Assembly: GCA_964016885.1 (NCBI GenBank)
Contig: OZ024742.1
Span: forward strand, 18,662,001 to 18,726,000
Reading direction: 5' to 3'
Origin: Eledone cirrhosa
Lineage: Eukaryota
Length of the DNA: 64,000 nt
Position 1 is the stretch's first letter, and every line of letters starts with the position of its first letter. This document shows, in pieces, positions 25,757 to 38,873 of the stretch. The translations under genes and the position numbers were made by a program. The notes beneath the pieces were generated by a model. It was not told the DNA's origin and ran no database searches. It saw only the letters and a list, made by a program, of their open reading frames with translations.

Positions 25757-26567
25757 ATCTTCACGGGCATAGCCATTCTTTCTCTGGAGAAGTGTTTTCC
25801 CAATAACAAGTCATCATTTGGTTTCCAACAATAACTTTTGATCTTTTAAAATTATAGCTCATTTTTAAAAACCTATTAATCAAATCTTGATTATTTGTAG
25901 CTGTAATCAAACCAATAAACATTCATATCCTATAATGTTTGAGAATAAAATCAAATCTATGAATGATAATCAAGTAATTGTTGATTTGGGAATAAATATA
26001 ATCAAAGTGAAGTATACAATGCTATTTATTTTGATCAGTCGAGATATAAAATACTTCCTATTCTTACGATTAATATCACACACACATACTCTCTTTCTCA
26101 TACTGTATCTCTCTCTAACCCCCCTCTCTCTCTATATATATATATATACATATATATAAGTATTGAAGTTTCCGTTGAAAATTGAAAAAGTCATAGGAGT
26201 GAAGAGTGCTCTATGTAAGTTACAGAGCTAAATTTAATGTAAATTTAATGCTAAATTTAATGTAAAAACGTCCGACGCACGAATGCGGACGTTTCTTGTA
26301 TTCGTCTTATTCGGGAAACCTCTGGTAATGAGGTAATTATATTGTATTGTTTATTATATATATATATATACAGAGAGAGAGAGAGTGAGTGAGAGAGAGA
26401 GAGAGAGAGAGAGGGGGATACAGCATGAAAAAGAGAGCATGTGTGTGTGATATTAATCGTAAGAATAGGAAGTATTTTATGATATCCCGACTGATCAAAA
26501 TAAATAGCATTGTATACTTCACTTCGATTATATTTATTCCCAAATCAACAATTTCTTGATTATCACA

Positions 26568-26605
<38 letters not shown>

Positions 26606-26639
26606 GTATATATAAATATCTGTCACTCTGTATGTCTCT

Positions 26640-27490
26640 CTCTAACCCTGATCCAAGCTGCTCTCACCCGCGCCCATGAAACAGACCGTACCACAGCCCT
26701 CTCACCTCACCCACCCTCCCAACACCCGTGTTCCTTTCCCTCTCACCCTACCAACCACTCCGGCGACATATCCTCCGTTCCCTCCGCATCCTCTCTTCTG
26801 ACCCCGTCACTTCTCGCTTTTTTCCAAACCCACCCATTATTGCTTTTAAGTGCGCCCGCAACCTCCGCGACCTCTTGGTTCGCAGTTCCTTTTCGTCCTC
26901 TCCCACGACTCCACCCGGCTCTCATCCTTGTTCCCGTTCTCACTGCAACACTTGTCCCTTTATTTCCACCCCTCGATTCCTATCGCTTTCTCTTGATCAT
27001 TAACCTTTTCTCTTACTACTAATACATGCCGACTATATATGCTCACTCCACTTTTCCTTTCACTGCTCTGTATACACACATTCACACCCTTATATTAACA
27101 TACTTTTGCTCACAGCTTCGTACTTACATGCACACACACTCTTTTACTCACATATACACACACATTTCTTCTTAGCTTCGTACGGACACATACACACAAA
27201 CACACGCACTCACACACACACACATGCTTATGCACGTGCTCAAGTATAACTCTTTTTACAAAACGTTTTTTTTCCATTTAAGGTAGACGCACTCCATCAT
27301 CCACTTTTCTAAAAAACAAATCATACACAAAACGCTAACACCAACAGTTTTTCAAGAGATGTCAACATGAATGGACCTGTTATTTTTATCTAAAGACATT
27401 TCTTCCAATTCCATCCCGCCCGTCCCCTCAATCTATTTTATTTCTCATTCTTTCTTCTGATGAAGGACTAGCGTCCGAAACGTTAAGACC
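26640..27490 (+). mobile_element. Neptune-type PLE remnant (RT-EN linker fragment, 3' UTR, pLTR hammerhead)
   Basis: ORF 26728: RILSSDPVTSRFFPNPPIIAFKCARNLRDLLVRS...PCSRSHCNTCPFI (CxxxxCxxC linker). Confidence 0.8.
27453..27488 (+). ncRNA. Minimal type I hammerhead ribozyme
   Basis: TCTT-CTGATGA-A GGAC TAGC GTCC-GAAA-CG-TT-AAGA; palindromic ACGT stem III typical of PLE minimal hammerheads. Confidence 0.85.
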
Positions 27491-27497
27491 CCCCCCC

Positions 27498-27537
<40 letters not shown>

Positions 27538-28995
27538 CTATGTAGGAGTTATATAAATCTGATGATTGGCTTCATTTGCTTTATTTGAGTGTAGAGCTGA
27601 ACCAAATATCACAAGGCAGTCCATCTGTCGCTGTAACGACTCTTCTAATGAATAGACTTTATTATAATGTCTCCAAAATTAAACAGACCAACTTTAACAA
27701 CGAAAGAAACAAATTGTTTGAAACCAAATGAAAACAATAATTTAACGATAGAATCCCCCAAAACTCTCGAGAAATATATAATAGGTGGGAATATCAATAG
27801 TGTAATATCTTTGTTACAAATTCCTGAGTCGTTATGAACAGAGACCATTACTTGCATTTGGACAATAGCAGGATGTTATTTATGAATATCGATTATTTAC
27901 TAAAAAGAAACCTTCTTAGTTGATCTATTTCCCATTCTTACGAAGCAGGCAGTAAGAAAATGGCATCGAAATATATGGGAACTGTGTATCTGACATAAAA
28001 TAAACATGTACTTTAATAAAATATGACCGCGAACTGAAGCCAGCTTCTTGAAATAAACAAACATTGATTGCAATGAATGTCTAACAGAGATCATGCTGGT
28101 AAATACTTTGATAGCTGGGAAATTGTAACGTTAGTTCCTAGCAACCAGCATATTGTCATGCAGTATAGCATTAAAAAGGAAAAGCTTTCAACGAGTTAGT
28201 AATAAGGTATTTTACATAAATCGGTGGTGGTATACTAACATACAGAGTTAGAAGGAATCTCCTCATTGATATAAATGAAAATATAGTTTGTTTGTAATCA
28301 AAAGCTTTTAAGCAATATATACAAGCAGAACATATACAGGAATTTTCGGTAATATTTAAGTACCGACTGAATAAACTATAATAGCAAAACAATTTTCACT
28401 TAGAAATCTTAATATTATGTAATATTATATCACATATCATATCGTATATATCTTTGGTATATTTCTTGTGAGGAGGCGAATTGGAAGAGTTGTTAAAGAA
28501 TGGGATAGAATGCTTTACGGGATTCGTTCCAACTATCTAAGGGTGAGGGATTGGCAGAAGGATTTAGAATGTGAGAAACGTATAAATATGTTTTAAACAT
28601 CAAATATGTTTTAAGATATTGGAATGTTCCTCAGTGTAGTCTACTGAACGTGGTATGATAGTTGTGTTGATAGTTGTTCCGTAGAAGTTAATATGCCTTT
28701 ACAACATATTGTGTGTTTATATGATAGATAGGGAAGCATGCGTGCTAATAAATATTCATATCGTCATAATATAAACAAACAGAAGTCCTTATTGAGTTAA
28801 TACGTTAGCAATACACTCATCCATGCACGCACACGCGCGCGCACACACACACACACATACATACACACAGAGTTAATGAAATAATTCAGAAGCCTGGCGT
28901 ATAAAAATAGCAAAATGAATGTCCAAAATTCATTAAACCCCACTTGAGCTTTATATATAAACACACACACACACACACACAAACACACACAAACA

Positions 28996-29142
<147 letters not shown>

Positions 29143-29155
29143 ATATATATATATA

Positions 29156-29493
29156 CAGTGGTGAAATGGTCAGATTGCCAGGTTGCACAATGGCAAGTGG
29201 GCCCCAGGGGGCCCACCATCGCATTGCAAGAGCCCACAGTAGTATTGTAGGGCCCACTGTAGTATTTTAGGGACCAATGCTTTGCTTTAAAAAAATACAT
29301 GAAATCTAAGAGAAAGAATAACATAAAAAAAAACAATTAAACAAACCACTTGGTCAACCAATTCCCCAGGGAATTACTAGAAACCAAAATATACGATAGT
29401 ACAAATAGCTGGAATCAGTTGTTGTACATTCTACTAAATCTAAAACTTAGTGTATTCATTCATGCAAACACATATATAGATACAGACACACAA

Positions 29494-29558
<65 letters not shown>

Positions 29559-29641
29559 CTTACACACGAACTACAGACCAAATAATATTTGGTATCAATG
29601 GGTTAAAGACATCTCTCAAATTAATTAGTGGTGAAGGTGGT

Positions 29642-29731
<90 letters not shown>

Positions 29732-29969
29732 TGAGTGAGTGTGAAAGACCAAAGGTCATTATTGAAAGTCTCTGGATTTCGCAAAATACATAATATTTTT
29801 TACTGGAGAAGGTAAGATATTTCCCCGCAAAAATTTTATCGCACTGTTTTGTTTCCACTTATGTATTTTTAAAAAATGTTATTTATTCATTATAAAAATG
29901 AAATGATAGCATTCTACATGTAGGTGGGCCCCCTTCTTGCAACCAATATTTTAAGACCTAATCCACCAC

Positions 29970-29971
<2 letters not shown>
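29156..29971. mobile_element. Non-autonomous TIR DNA transposon (hAT-like); partial second copy at 32215-32436
   Basis: Termini CAGTGGTGAA...TCCACCACTG; subterminal GGGCCC motifs; 29753-29971 is homologous to 32215-32436. Confidence 0.65.
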
Positions 29972-30042
<71 letters not shown>

Positions 30043-30169
30043 AGATAAATCTACCAAAATATACGGTAGTGTCCAATCCGTATGAAGAACTCAATTTAAT
30101 CGAAATATCATGAAAAGAGAAGATGCATTCAAAAATTTTCGATAAAAATCATAGGAAAACAGAGTCAAG

Positions 30170-31480
30170 ATAAATTAATAAAAACAATGAAATAAAAACA
30201 AAGAACAAGTTCCTTATATTAAAAAAATCATCATTTTACGATCGTTTCTGGGATGTATATGTGTGTTGGTATGTATATCATATAGATCTATGTATTTAAT
30301 ACCCACAAACATAGTTTTAAAAATGCCGCATTAGCTAATACAACATCCTTGGCTGAAATAATTAATAATTATAGAAATAAGAATATGGATTACAACCTGA
30401 CCTGGAGCGTACTCAAAAGAGCCACCCCTTATCAAAATAGCAGATACGAGTGTAGGTTATGCTCCCAGGAACTTTTTGAAATCATGAAATCTAAGGATAT
30501 CCTATTAAATAAGCGACAAGAATTAATTATTTCTTGCAATCATAGAATTAGAAGAACCTTCAAATATTATAAACCTAATTAATATACACCTTACTCTTAT
30601 ATTTTACAAATTATTATAATTGTTTTTTTTTAAATTTAGTTAACCTATTATTAGTATTTTACTACAGGGAACTTCATAATTTTATTTCCCTTTTACAGCT
30701 CTCTTTTCCTAAAATTAATATCTAAAAGTATACCTATAAATTAATTTAATTTCCTGTTATGTATCTAGATTCCTTGTAGTTTAAATAAGATTGGTATTTC
30801 TCATAGTATCCTTATCCCAAAATTTTACTTTCCTTCGTTTTTAACAACACTCTTTAATAACATCTAATTCTTATTTATCACATTCATATGAATTAATATA
30901 ACTTTATCCCTATAAGTATACCTATCAATTAATTTTACTTCTTGTTATAGATCTAGATTCCTTGTGGTTTAAATAAGATTGGTACCTCTCACTATACCCT
31001 TACCCTAAAATTTTATTTTCATTCGTTATTAACATTATTCTTTAATAACATCAAATTTTCGTGTACCTTTCACTATCTTCTTGGCTTGACCTCTTTTCAT
31101 CCCCAAAGTATTCTTTTCATTCAAAACATAAGTCTGCACTCCTCTACCCCTAAATTAAATTTCTACTACTACTATTCTATCAACTTGACCTGTAACTACT
31201 TTTCTATTGGTCAATTCTAAACCTGTTCCCAAACAGACCTTTTATATTAAATCTTTGTTTGTTTTTTTCAATAAACACATCTCATCATTTCTGAGGACGG
31301 CTTGTATATGTGAAGGTATGTATATTTCCTCTGATAATTTGTAATATTTTCCCATAGATCTATATGATATACATACCAACACACATACACATCCCAGAAA
31401 CGATCGTAAAATGATGAACTTTTTAATATAAGGAACTTGTTCTTTGTTTTTATTTCATTGTTTTTATTAATTTATATAAG
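30170..31480 (+). mobile_element. 5'-truncated Naiad-type PLE with inverted partial pLTR
   Basis: GIY-YIG C-terminus 30300-30582 (HSFK..TSLA..LTWSVLK..CRLC..E..LLNKR.E....CNH); 30170-30292 is the reverse complement of 31354-31478. Confidence 0.85.
31282..31417 (+). ncRNA. Type I hammerhead with ~100-nt stem II
   Basis: TCATCATTT-CTGAGGA-[long hairpin including GGTATGTATAT/ATATACATACC]-GAAA-CGATCG-TA-AAATGATGA. Confidence 0.85.
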
Positions 31481-31588
31481 TTTGAATCTAACTGATATGC
31501 AAAAACATATATATAGGAATAACCATAGTAGATTCAAATATCACAAAGAAAAAGAGAAAGAGAGAGAGAGAGAGAGGGAGAGAGAGGG

Positions 31589-31659
<71 letters not shown>

Positions 31660-31756
31660 TGGAATAAAAATGAAACATGGATTACAGGTTAAAATGTAGT
31701 ATAGATAGATGTGAAACAAAACGAGGATGTAGTTTATGGAACATCCAAATGATTTA

Positions 31757-32212
31757 GAAGTCGACCTTAAGTAGGAGCAATAACATTAAGAAAGACGTGA
31801 ACAGCACCACAACACTTTGTTTTGAACATTTTGAAAGTAGGTTTATAAGTATGAATTTTCTTAAGACTTTCGTAGTTGTCTCTGTGGCCTATCGGTAGGT
31901 ATTAGAGACGGTGGAGATCGTAGTCTTGGGTACTATCCTGGTCAAGAGGTACATGTAGCCATTTCCAGTTTTTATTTTACAACCCATAGAAAAAAAAAAC
32001 TGAAAAGGTTTACTGGGAACCCTACTTCCGACCAGGATCGAACTTCGGACCAGGACCACCATCGTCTATGATACCGCAAAGTAGGCCACCGAGACAGCTA
32101 CAAAAATGTAATGAAAATTGGTAATTATAAACCTACTTTCAAAATCAAAGTTAAAAGATGTGGTGTCGTTCATGGCTTCCCTAGAGATATTAGTAATATT
32201 TAGGGTCGACTT
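31757..32212. repeat. Old diverged foldback/MITE-like inverted repeat
   Basis: AAGTCGACC..TTTTGAAAGTAGGTTTATAA..GTAGTTGTCTC versus GAGACAGCTAC..TTATAAACCTACTTTCAAAA..GGTCGACTT. Confidence 0.7.
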
Positions 32213-32499
32213 ATGGTCATTATTGAAAGTCTCTGGATTTCGCAAAATACATAATGTTTTTTATTGGAGAAGGTAAGATTTTTCCGCAAAAATTTGATTG
32301 CACTGTTTTGTTTCCACTTATGTATTTTTCGAAAATGTTATTTATTCATTATAAAAATTAAATGATAACATTCTATATGTAGGTGGGCCCCCTTCCTCTC
32401 TTGGCAACCAATATTTTTAGACCCAGTCCGCCACTACACACACATATATATATATGGTCTTGTAACTTTTGGGACACCTTGTATTTCGGTGAATCGCAG

Positions 32500-32680
32500 T
32501 GTGATGGATTTCCGTCAGTTTCCACGATGATTGTTCCATTTGTATGATAAAAGGATCAACGGAAAAGCCTGCTTTTGTTTCACCAAGCCCAAGATACCAC
32601 GCAGTGGGATCGAACGCGGGATGTAATCATTGAAAAATGAACTTCTTAACCATTCAGCCATGCTGTATCCACATGCTGCG
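32500..32680 (-). mobile_element. tRNA-derived SINE (second family); another copy at ~52290-52600
   Basis: A box GCATGGCTGAATGG and B box GTTCGATCC; shared 3' domain AGCAGGCTTTTCCGTTGATC..GGAACAATCATCG. Confidence 0.65.
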
Positions 32681-33057
32681 TTCACTATAGACCCCCCTCC
32701 CCCACACAAACACACACATACACACAAATACATACAAATACACACACAGCCAGTAAAAATACAACTTAGTGAAGGGACGCATAATAACATAAAAGTTAAA
32801 ATAGTTGGGCGTGTTAGAAGGAACTTCTTAGATGAAACATCAAATGTCTTATTTATTGATAAGTCAAGAAAGACAAGGTAGAATACATGTAGAAACATGT
32901 AGCACTGTTATCTATGAGATACATCTAGTTTCCATTGATTGGATTTGTAATATCTACAATACAATCTTGATAAACTTTATTATATCAATACTTATTGATA
33001 GAAATGATTCGACTAGTTTTGCTTTTCTCTATTGCTCTATTTTTCACTCACTGCCTT

Positions 33058-33120
<63 letters not shown>

Positions 33121-33127
<7 letters not shown>

Positions 33128-33189
33128 TAACAGATTAAAGTTTAAGCAAAGAATCGCTGCTTTCACCCTTAACAGGATCTTCTGAAACT

Positions 33190-33190
<1 letters not shown>
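33121..33190 (-). mobile_element. Solo family B pLTR fragment (hammerhead fold 33139-33189) inside (TA)n
   Basis: Near-identical to 6511-6579. Confidence 0.8.
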
Positions 33191-33246
<56 letters not shown>

Positions 33247-33250
<4 letters not shown>

Positions 33251-33437
33251 AAAAGAGTCAGGAACCCGACGGCTGAGCTCCGGCCGTTTCGACAGCTAGG
33301 TCAGATCTAGCTGTCGAAACGGCCGAAGCTCAGCCGTTGGGGTCCTGACTCTTTTCCTATTACCCATTCTACTACCCAGTATCGAGTACTTTGATGCGTT
33401 ATGGTCCACCTGGTTACTTACCACAGTTCTTTCGTTA
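33247..33437. mobile_element. Palindromic pLTR fragment (half-hammerhead family P) plus tail
   Basis: Arms 33247-33300 and 33307-33360; tail homologous (inverted) to 43783-43842. Confidence 0.75.
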
Positions 33438-33743
33438 TATATATATATATATATATCTGTGCGAAATTCCTTCCTTGCTCACATTTCAACCAGGTTTGAT
33501 GGTCTTTATTCTCTCTCGTTCACGATTTCACCGAATTTAAATTCATAGAAATTTGGGACTTGATTCATTCTTCCTCACTTTTCGTTGCTTCACCATTTTT
33601 GTTTGTTTACACTCGTGTCCCCTTTATTTACGTGTCCCAACGACTTTTTTTAGCCGTTGCTCGCACCAACCGGAGGTATATGGTCTTTAAAGCGATGAAA
33701 TACCAATGATGGTTGGAAGATCACTGATGAAGGACTAACTTTA

Positions 33744-33814
<71 letters not shown>

Positions 33815-34640
33815 CTGATGACCCTGTGATATACAGGCCACTGATGGTGTATTTAAAAAAAAAATGTAAAGCCTGTACTTGAAAGTTTAAATAACCGGTT
33901 GACATAAGAAGCACTAGGAAAACTTTAAATTCTAAATATAGTCGTTCCAACGCAAATGATGATAATAAGTGGATCACTGTAGATAATAGTTAAAAAATCG
34001 AGCAAAGTAGTCCTGATGACCTCAAAGTAATGTACAGATCATCCTGCAGGAGACGAACCTTAAATATCTGTTCTAGCTACAGGCCTAAAATCTTCTAAAA
34101 ATATAAGGTTTGGAAAACTTCCAGCTTTAATGTCTTAAGTCACCAGCTCATATATAGAGGGGAATGAACGCCTTTCACTATTTATTTATTTATTTATTCA
34201 ATAAATTTCAACGTCCGTATAGAGCTAGTAAGCTATGACACACAAGAGGAAGTCTCATTTGCAGCAATATGTTGGTCAAATAAATGGCTGTGTTCTTTTA
34301 ATTTACAATTGAAATACAATATACTTTATCATTGGATCTTTTTATAAGTTTATACATTCCCTATTATATATATATATATATATTAGTTTAGCGAGGTTTT
34401 TTATATGAAATCGTGTGTCGAAACAAATATTGTTATACTTGGGGAGGGTCATATTTGTGTAATATTGCAAGAATTAATAACAGAACACACTCACTGTTTG
34501 GTTGGTTTTCGCTTCTCGCTGTCTTTTATATCTGCGATCTAACTTAATCGGTCCTCAATGTTGCCATTGACTGACCGACGGTCAAAAATAATACCGATAC
34601 AATATAGACACAAACACATATATATAGTTTACATAATTTA

Positions 34641-34678
34641 CATAAATCTTTCGTTGCACATCTGCAACATCGTCAGTG
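34641..34678 (-). ncRNA. Minimal type I hammerhead motif
   Basis: CA-CTGACGA-T GTTGCA GATG TGCAAC-GAAA-GATT-TA-TG; short stem I, imperfect AGATCT-like palindrome. Confidence 0.65.
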
Positions 34679-34996
34679 GTGTTATATTTTTTCCTCCTGT
34701 TGTATTGTATGTCTACGCCATTTTTTATTCAGTCTGTCTATATATTTATTTATTTATTTGCTTGTTTGTTTATTTTATTTTGTCTTCTTTGCGCATGCGT
34801 TTGCGTGTGTGTATAGTGTTATGTTTGCTGTGTGACTAGTGTGTATAGTGTTGTGTCTGCTGGGTGACTAGTGTGTGTTTATGTGCTTGTTGTTATTGTG
34901 CTTGTGTATGTATTTATTTATCTTATTTTATTTTATTTACTTATTTATACTTCTCTTAGGTCAGTGTTGTTTGTTTGGGTGTTGTTGTTGTTCCAC

Positions 34997-35857
34997 TCAT
35001 TCTTTCTGTTTAAGCTTTGGTCTTCTAATTTCTATTTCACTGGCCTCTCTGATTTGCCTATCTGTTGGGTCATTCCTATGTTTAGATATTATTCTAATTT
35101 CTATGTTGTCTATGTTACCGTCATGTTGTTGTCTAGCATGTTCGTATAGTACTGATCCGTTTTTTCGTCCTTTTAGTTCCCCCCAGTGTTGGTCTATCCT
35201 TTCACCTATGCTACGAGCTGTTTCGCCTATGTATGTTGTTGTCATGTTTCTGCAAGTACCCTCTATACATCTTATGCTATAGACTACGTTTCTAGTTTTA
35301 CAGTTTATCCGGGGGTTCACCTTACATATGATACATTTCCTATTGGTACAGTGGGTTTTCTTAAAGGGGTAGGTTTTGCTGATCAGGGATTTTATGGTGG
35401 TTCCTGGCTTTTCTACCACCTTTATTTTTAAGTGGGTCTTTCTCAGGGCCTTTCTACACTGGTTAGCTAATTTCCCTCCAGGGGTGGCGTCCACAAACAT
35501 GACACTCTGATATCTCTGGTTGTCGTACCATGATGTGGCCTTCCCTATCTTATGTCTAGCCCTATCTAAGCTATTCCATGATTTGCTCCTGTATAATGGG
35601 AAAATTCCTTTCATGTCCAGTTCTATGAGGGTCTTATACTTTTCCATGGCTCCTTCGTATACTCTGACTCTGTCTCTTTGGTTGTAGCCAGAGAACTGCA
35701 TGCGGTTGATGAAGTGTTGGATGTGTCTTTCCATTTCTGTTGGGTCGCACATGCTGGACACATTCTTCATCACTCGTACCAAATCTGCGATCAGAATATT
35801 AAACTTAGCACTACTGGACATTGCTGAGTTTTTGAGTATCAGGTATTTGGAGGCCAT
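34997..35857 (-). pseudogene. PLE RT-thumb/GIY-YIG endonuclease fragment (286 aa)
   Basis: ORF track; VVY...YIGET motif; 5' end truncated at a microsatellite. Confidence 0.85.
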
Positions 35858-35958
35858 GGGTTTAGCATAGTGTGAGTGGAGAATTTGGGCTCTCTCGTCT
35901 ATAGTGTTAATCCAGAGTTCTGTGTCTAATACAGGTAGTCTATTGTTAGGGTGTTTGC

Positions 35959-36007
<49 letters not shown>

Positions 36008-36010
<3 letters not shown>

Positions 36011-36058
36011 TTCTACAGGACTAGAACTGTTTCATTCTTTAGAAATCATCAGGAATCT
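36008..36058 (-). ncRNA. Type I hammerhead ribozyme, family A
   Basis: AGATTC-CTGATGA-T TTC TAAA GAA T-GAAA-CAG TTCTAGTC CTG-TA-GAATCT. Confidence 0.88.
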
Positions 36059-36674
36059 GGGTATCAAAAAATAAGTATGGTATTTATAGGTCTCTTCAAG
36101 TGGTAGGAGAGGGTGGGGACTGGGATGGGTGTAGGTCATTGGTTGATAGAAAAGGGAATCCATTAAAAGCTAATTCTACAAAGCTATAGTTTATTTTTAT
36201 TTTTAGAGTAACAAAGGCAGAAAGAATTCTATAAACAGGTTCAGGATGGGGTGCCACTCCTTATTATTAAGTTTCTCTTAAGCTAACAGGTGTCTATAAG
36301 ATCAGTGGGGGTCAGTCATGGTTGATAGATTTAAAGGAAAGGGAGATTCTTTAAAAGCTAAATTCTTTAAGGTTCTACTAAGTGACAAAGGTTTAGAGAA
36401 TTCTGTAGACAAATTCAAAATATTGAGTGCATATCATACAATTATCTCCAAATTTCTCTTAAACTATTCAACTATATGCCAAAAATCAACAGACAGATTC
36501 ACAAACACACTCACTCACACACTCGCGCGCACCCATAAACATTATATAAACATTTATATATAAACATTTATATATATATACATACATATATATACATATA
36601 TATATATACGTATATACATATATATACGTATATACATATATATATATATACGTATATACATATATACATATAAA

Positions 36675-37350
36675 AAACACAGTGGTTCCAACGGGACAGG
36701 GCGCAGCCGAGGTCAAGCGTCGCGTAGGTGCTGCCAGATCCGCTTTTGGGCGCCTCCAGCAGTGTCTGTGGGATAGAAGAGAGATCACCTCGGCGACCAA
36801 AAGGCGAATCTACCAGGCCGTCGTGTGCACGATCCTCCTCTATGGCTGGGAAACATGGCCTATGAGGGTAGTCGATCAACGGGGGCTAGAGATCTTCGAC
36901 AATGACTGTCTCCGCCGCATTTTTCGCTGCCGACGAGTTGATCGGGTACCTACCACCAGTCTTCGTCGTCGCCTGAATCTTCGACCCCTTCCTTCAGTGC
37001 TTCTGAAACGGCGTTTGAGATGGTTTGGTCACGCAGTCCGGCGCGCTGAGGGTGAACTGCTCACGATGTTCTCCTCCCACCTCCACTCCCTAACTGGCGC
37101 AAGCGCGTTCGCGAGCAGCTGAAGAGCTGGGCAACGACGATCAAGGAGGACCTCTCTGAACTCTCAGGTCCGCAGGTGGTCGGCCTGCGCCGATGGAACC
37201 GTGACTGGCTCGCTATCTTCAGTGACCTAGCCCGGGACGGTCGTGCGTGGGCTGCCATGGTTCGGGATGCCGTCAGGACAAGGGAAGAAGCCGGCTTAAC
37301 CCGTCTAGGGTGAATGTCGACACAAATACAAGTACAAGTACAAGTAAGTA
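36675..37350 (+). mobile_element. RTE-clade LINE, 3' fragment with (ACAAGT)n tail
   Basis: [42 protein letters not shown]; tandem-repeat tail 37321-37350; frameshift near 37063. Confidence 0.9.
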
Positions 37351-37494
37351 TATACATATACATATACGTATATACATATATATACGTATATACATATATA
37401 TATATATATGTATACATATATATATACACGTATATACATATATATATATATATATATACATATATATGCATACATATATATACATATATATACA

Positions 37495-37548
<54 letters not shown>

Positions 37549-37592
37549 CATATTTATATATTTATATAGATACATACACACACACACACATT

Positions 37593-37641
<49 letters not shown>

Positions 37642-37736
37642 ATGTATATGTATGTATATATATATATATATACACATATATATATACATATATATATATG
37701 TACATATGCATATATATATATATATACATACATTCA

Positions 37737-37813
<77 letters not shown>

Positions 37814-37960
37814 TATAAATATATACATATATATTTATATATACATTGAATGTATATATATAGTATATTTGGCAATATACTGTATGCTTAATTAAAAACA
37901 TTTTGAAGCCTTAGGCTATTGTTTTAAAGTAGTGATAATGTCACTTACTTCTTTTTTCAA

Positions 37961-38074
<114 letters not shown>

Positions 38075-38079
38075 GTAAT

Positions 38080-38608
38080 AATAATAAATTTGAAGACTAA
38101 AATCCAAAGAGGGCTCGATAAGGATAAATATATATCAAATATATAAGAACCGTAGAGCAAATATTTATTAAAATAACAGATTAAAGTTTAAGCAAAGAAT
38201 CGCTGCTTTCACCCTTAACGGGATCTTCTGAAACTAACAAAGTCAATCTGTAAACGCAGAAGTGAATATTTCAAAAAACGTTGCAACCGGAGGAAGACAG
38301 GAAGACGATACTTTGGTTCGTGGAAACGTTCGCTGGCAAAGAACGGGAGAAAACGAATATAATACGTCATTAATAGGAGCGGTGATAAACAATTACACGC
38401 AAAGACAGAACCACGTTTATGGTATAAAAGAGGTCGTAGACTAATGTTCTCTTAGGTGGTGCATAGTATCGTCTTCCTGTCTTCCTCCGGCTGCAACGTT
38501 TTTTGAAATATTCACTTCTGCATTCACAGATTGACTTTGTTAGTTTCAGAAGATCCCGTTAAGGGTGAAAGCAGCGATTCTTTGCTTAAACTTTAATCTG
38601 TTATTTTA

Positions 38609-38615
<7 letters not shown>
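38080..38615. mobile_element. Head-to-head solo pLTRs of the Naiad element (family B), hammerhead folds at 38185-38235(-) and 38542-38592(+)
   Basis: 38080-38465 is the reverse complement of 9352-9740; 38466-38615 is a direct copy of 9501-9652. Confidence 0.9.
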
Positions 38616-38646
<31 letters not shown>

Positions 38647-38753
38647 GGAATTCCAACTTTGTCTGATTTACTCGTTTTATTTACAATCCTTTAAAATTTA
38701 TAATGGTATTATAATGAAATAGTATGATAGAATATTAAATTCTAAGTGTTAAT

Positions 38754-38792
38754 TGAACAAGTACTTTCATGCTTTCGCAATCTTCAGGTTCA
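38754..38792 (-). ncRNA. Minimal type I hammerhead ribozyme
   Basis: Inverted copy of 38835-38873. Confidence 0.85.
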
Positions 38793-38834
38793 TAATATGT
38801 GGAAAATTGAAAACTTGACTGTCACCACATATTA

Positions 38835-38873
38835 TGAACCTGAAGATTGCGAAAGCATGAAAGTACTTGTTCA
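38835..38873 (+). ncRNA. Minimal type I hammerhead ribozyme
   Basis: TGAAC-CTGAAGA-T TGC GAAA GCA T-GAAA-GTAC-TT-GTTCA; palindromic AGTACT stem III. Confidence 0.88.

Larger units (their letters stand above)
34383..35958 (-). mobile_element. 5'-truncated PLE of a third lineage (RT thumb + GIY-YIG)
   Basis: LPVLD..HYAKPMAS..SGY..SVMFVDATPGG..VVEKPG..CxxxxCxxC..NVVY..YIGETARS..ER..H; pLTR hammerhead at 34641. Confidence 0.88.

Noticed and set aside
27546-27731. Host exon after a (CT)n tract and AG, with an SDD motif
   Set aside because: The frame closes at a stop with no clear donor or recognisable domain; kept only within the low-confidence decayed-coding finding
33720-34090. CTGATGA boxes at ~33725, 33815 and 34013
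   Set aside because: No matching GAAA plus stem III/stem I partner could be built; not called as ribozymes
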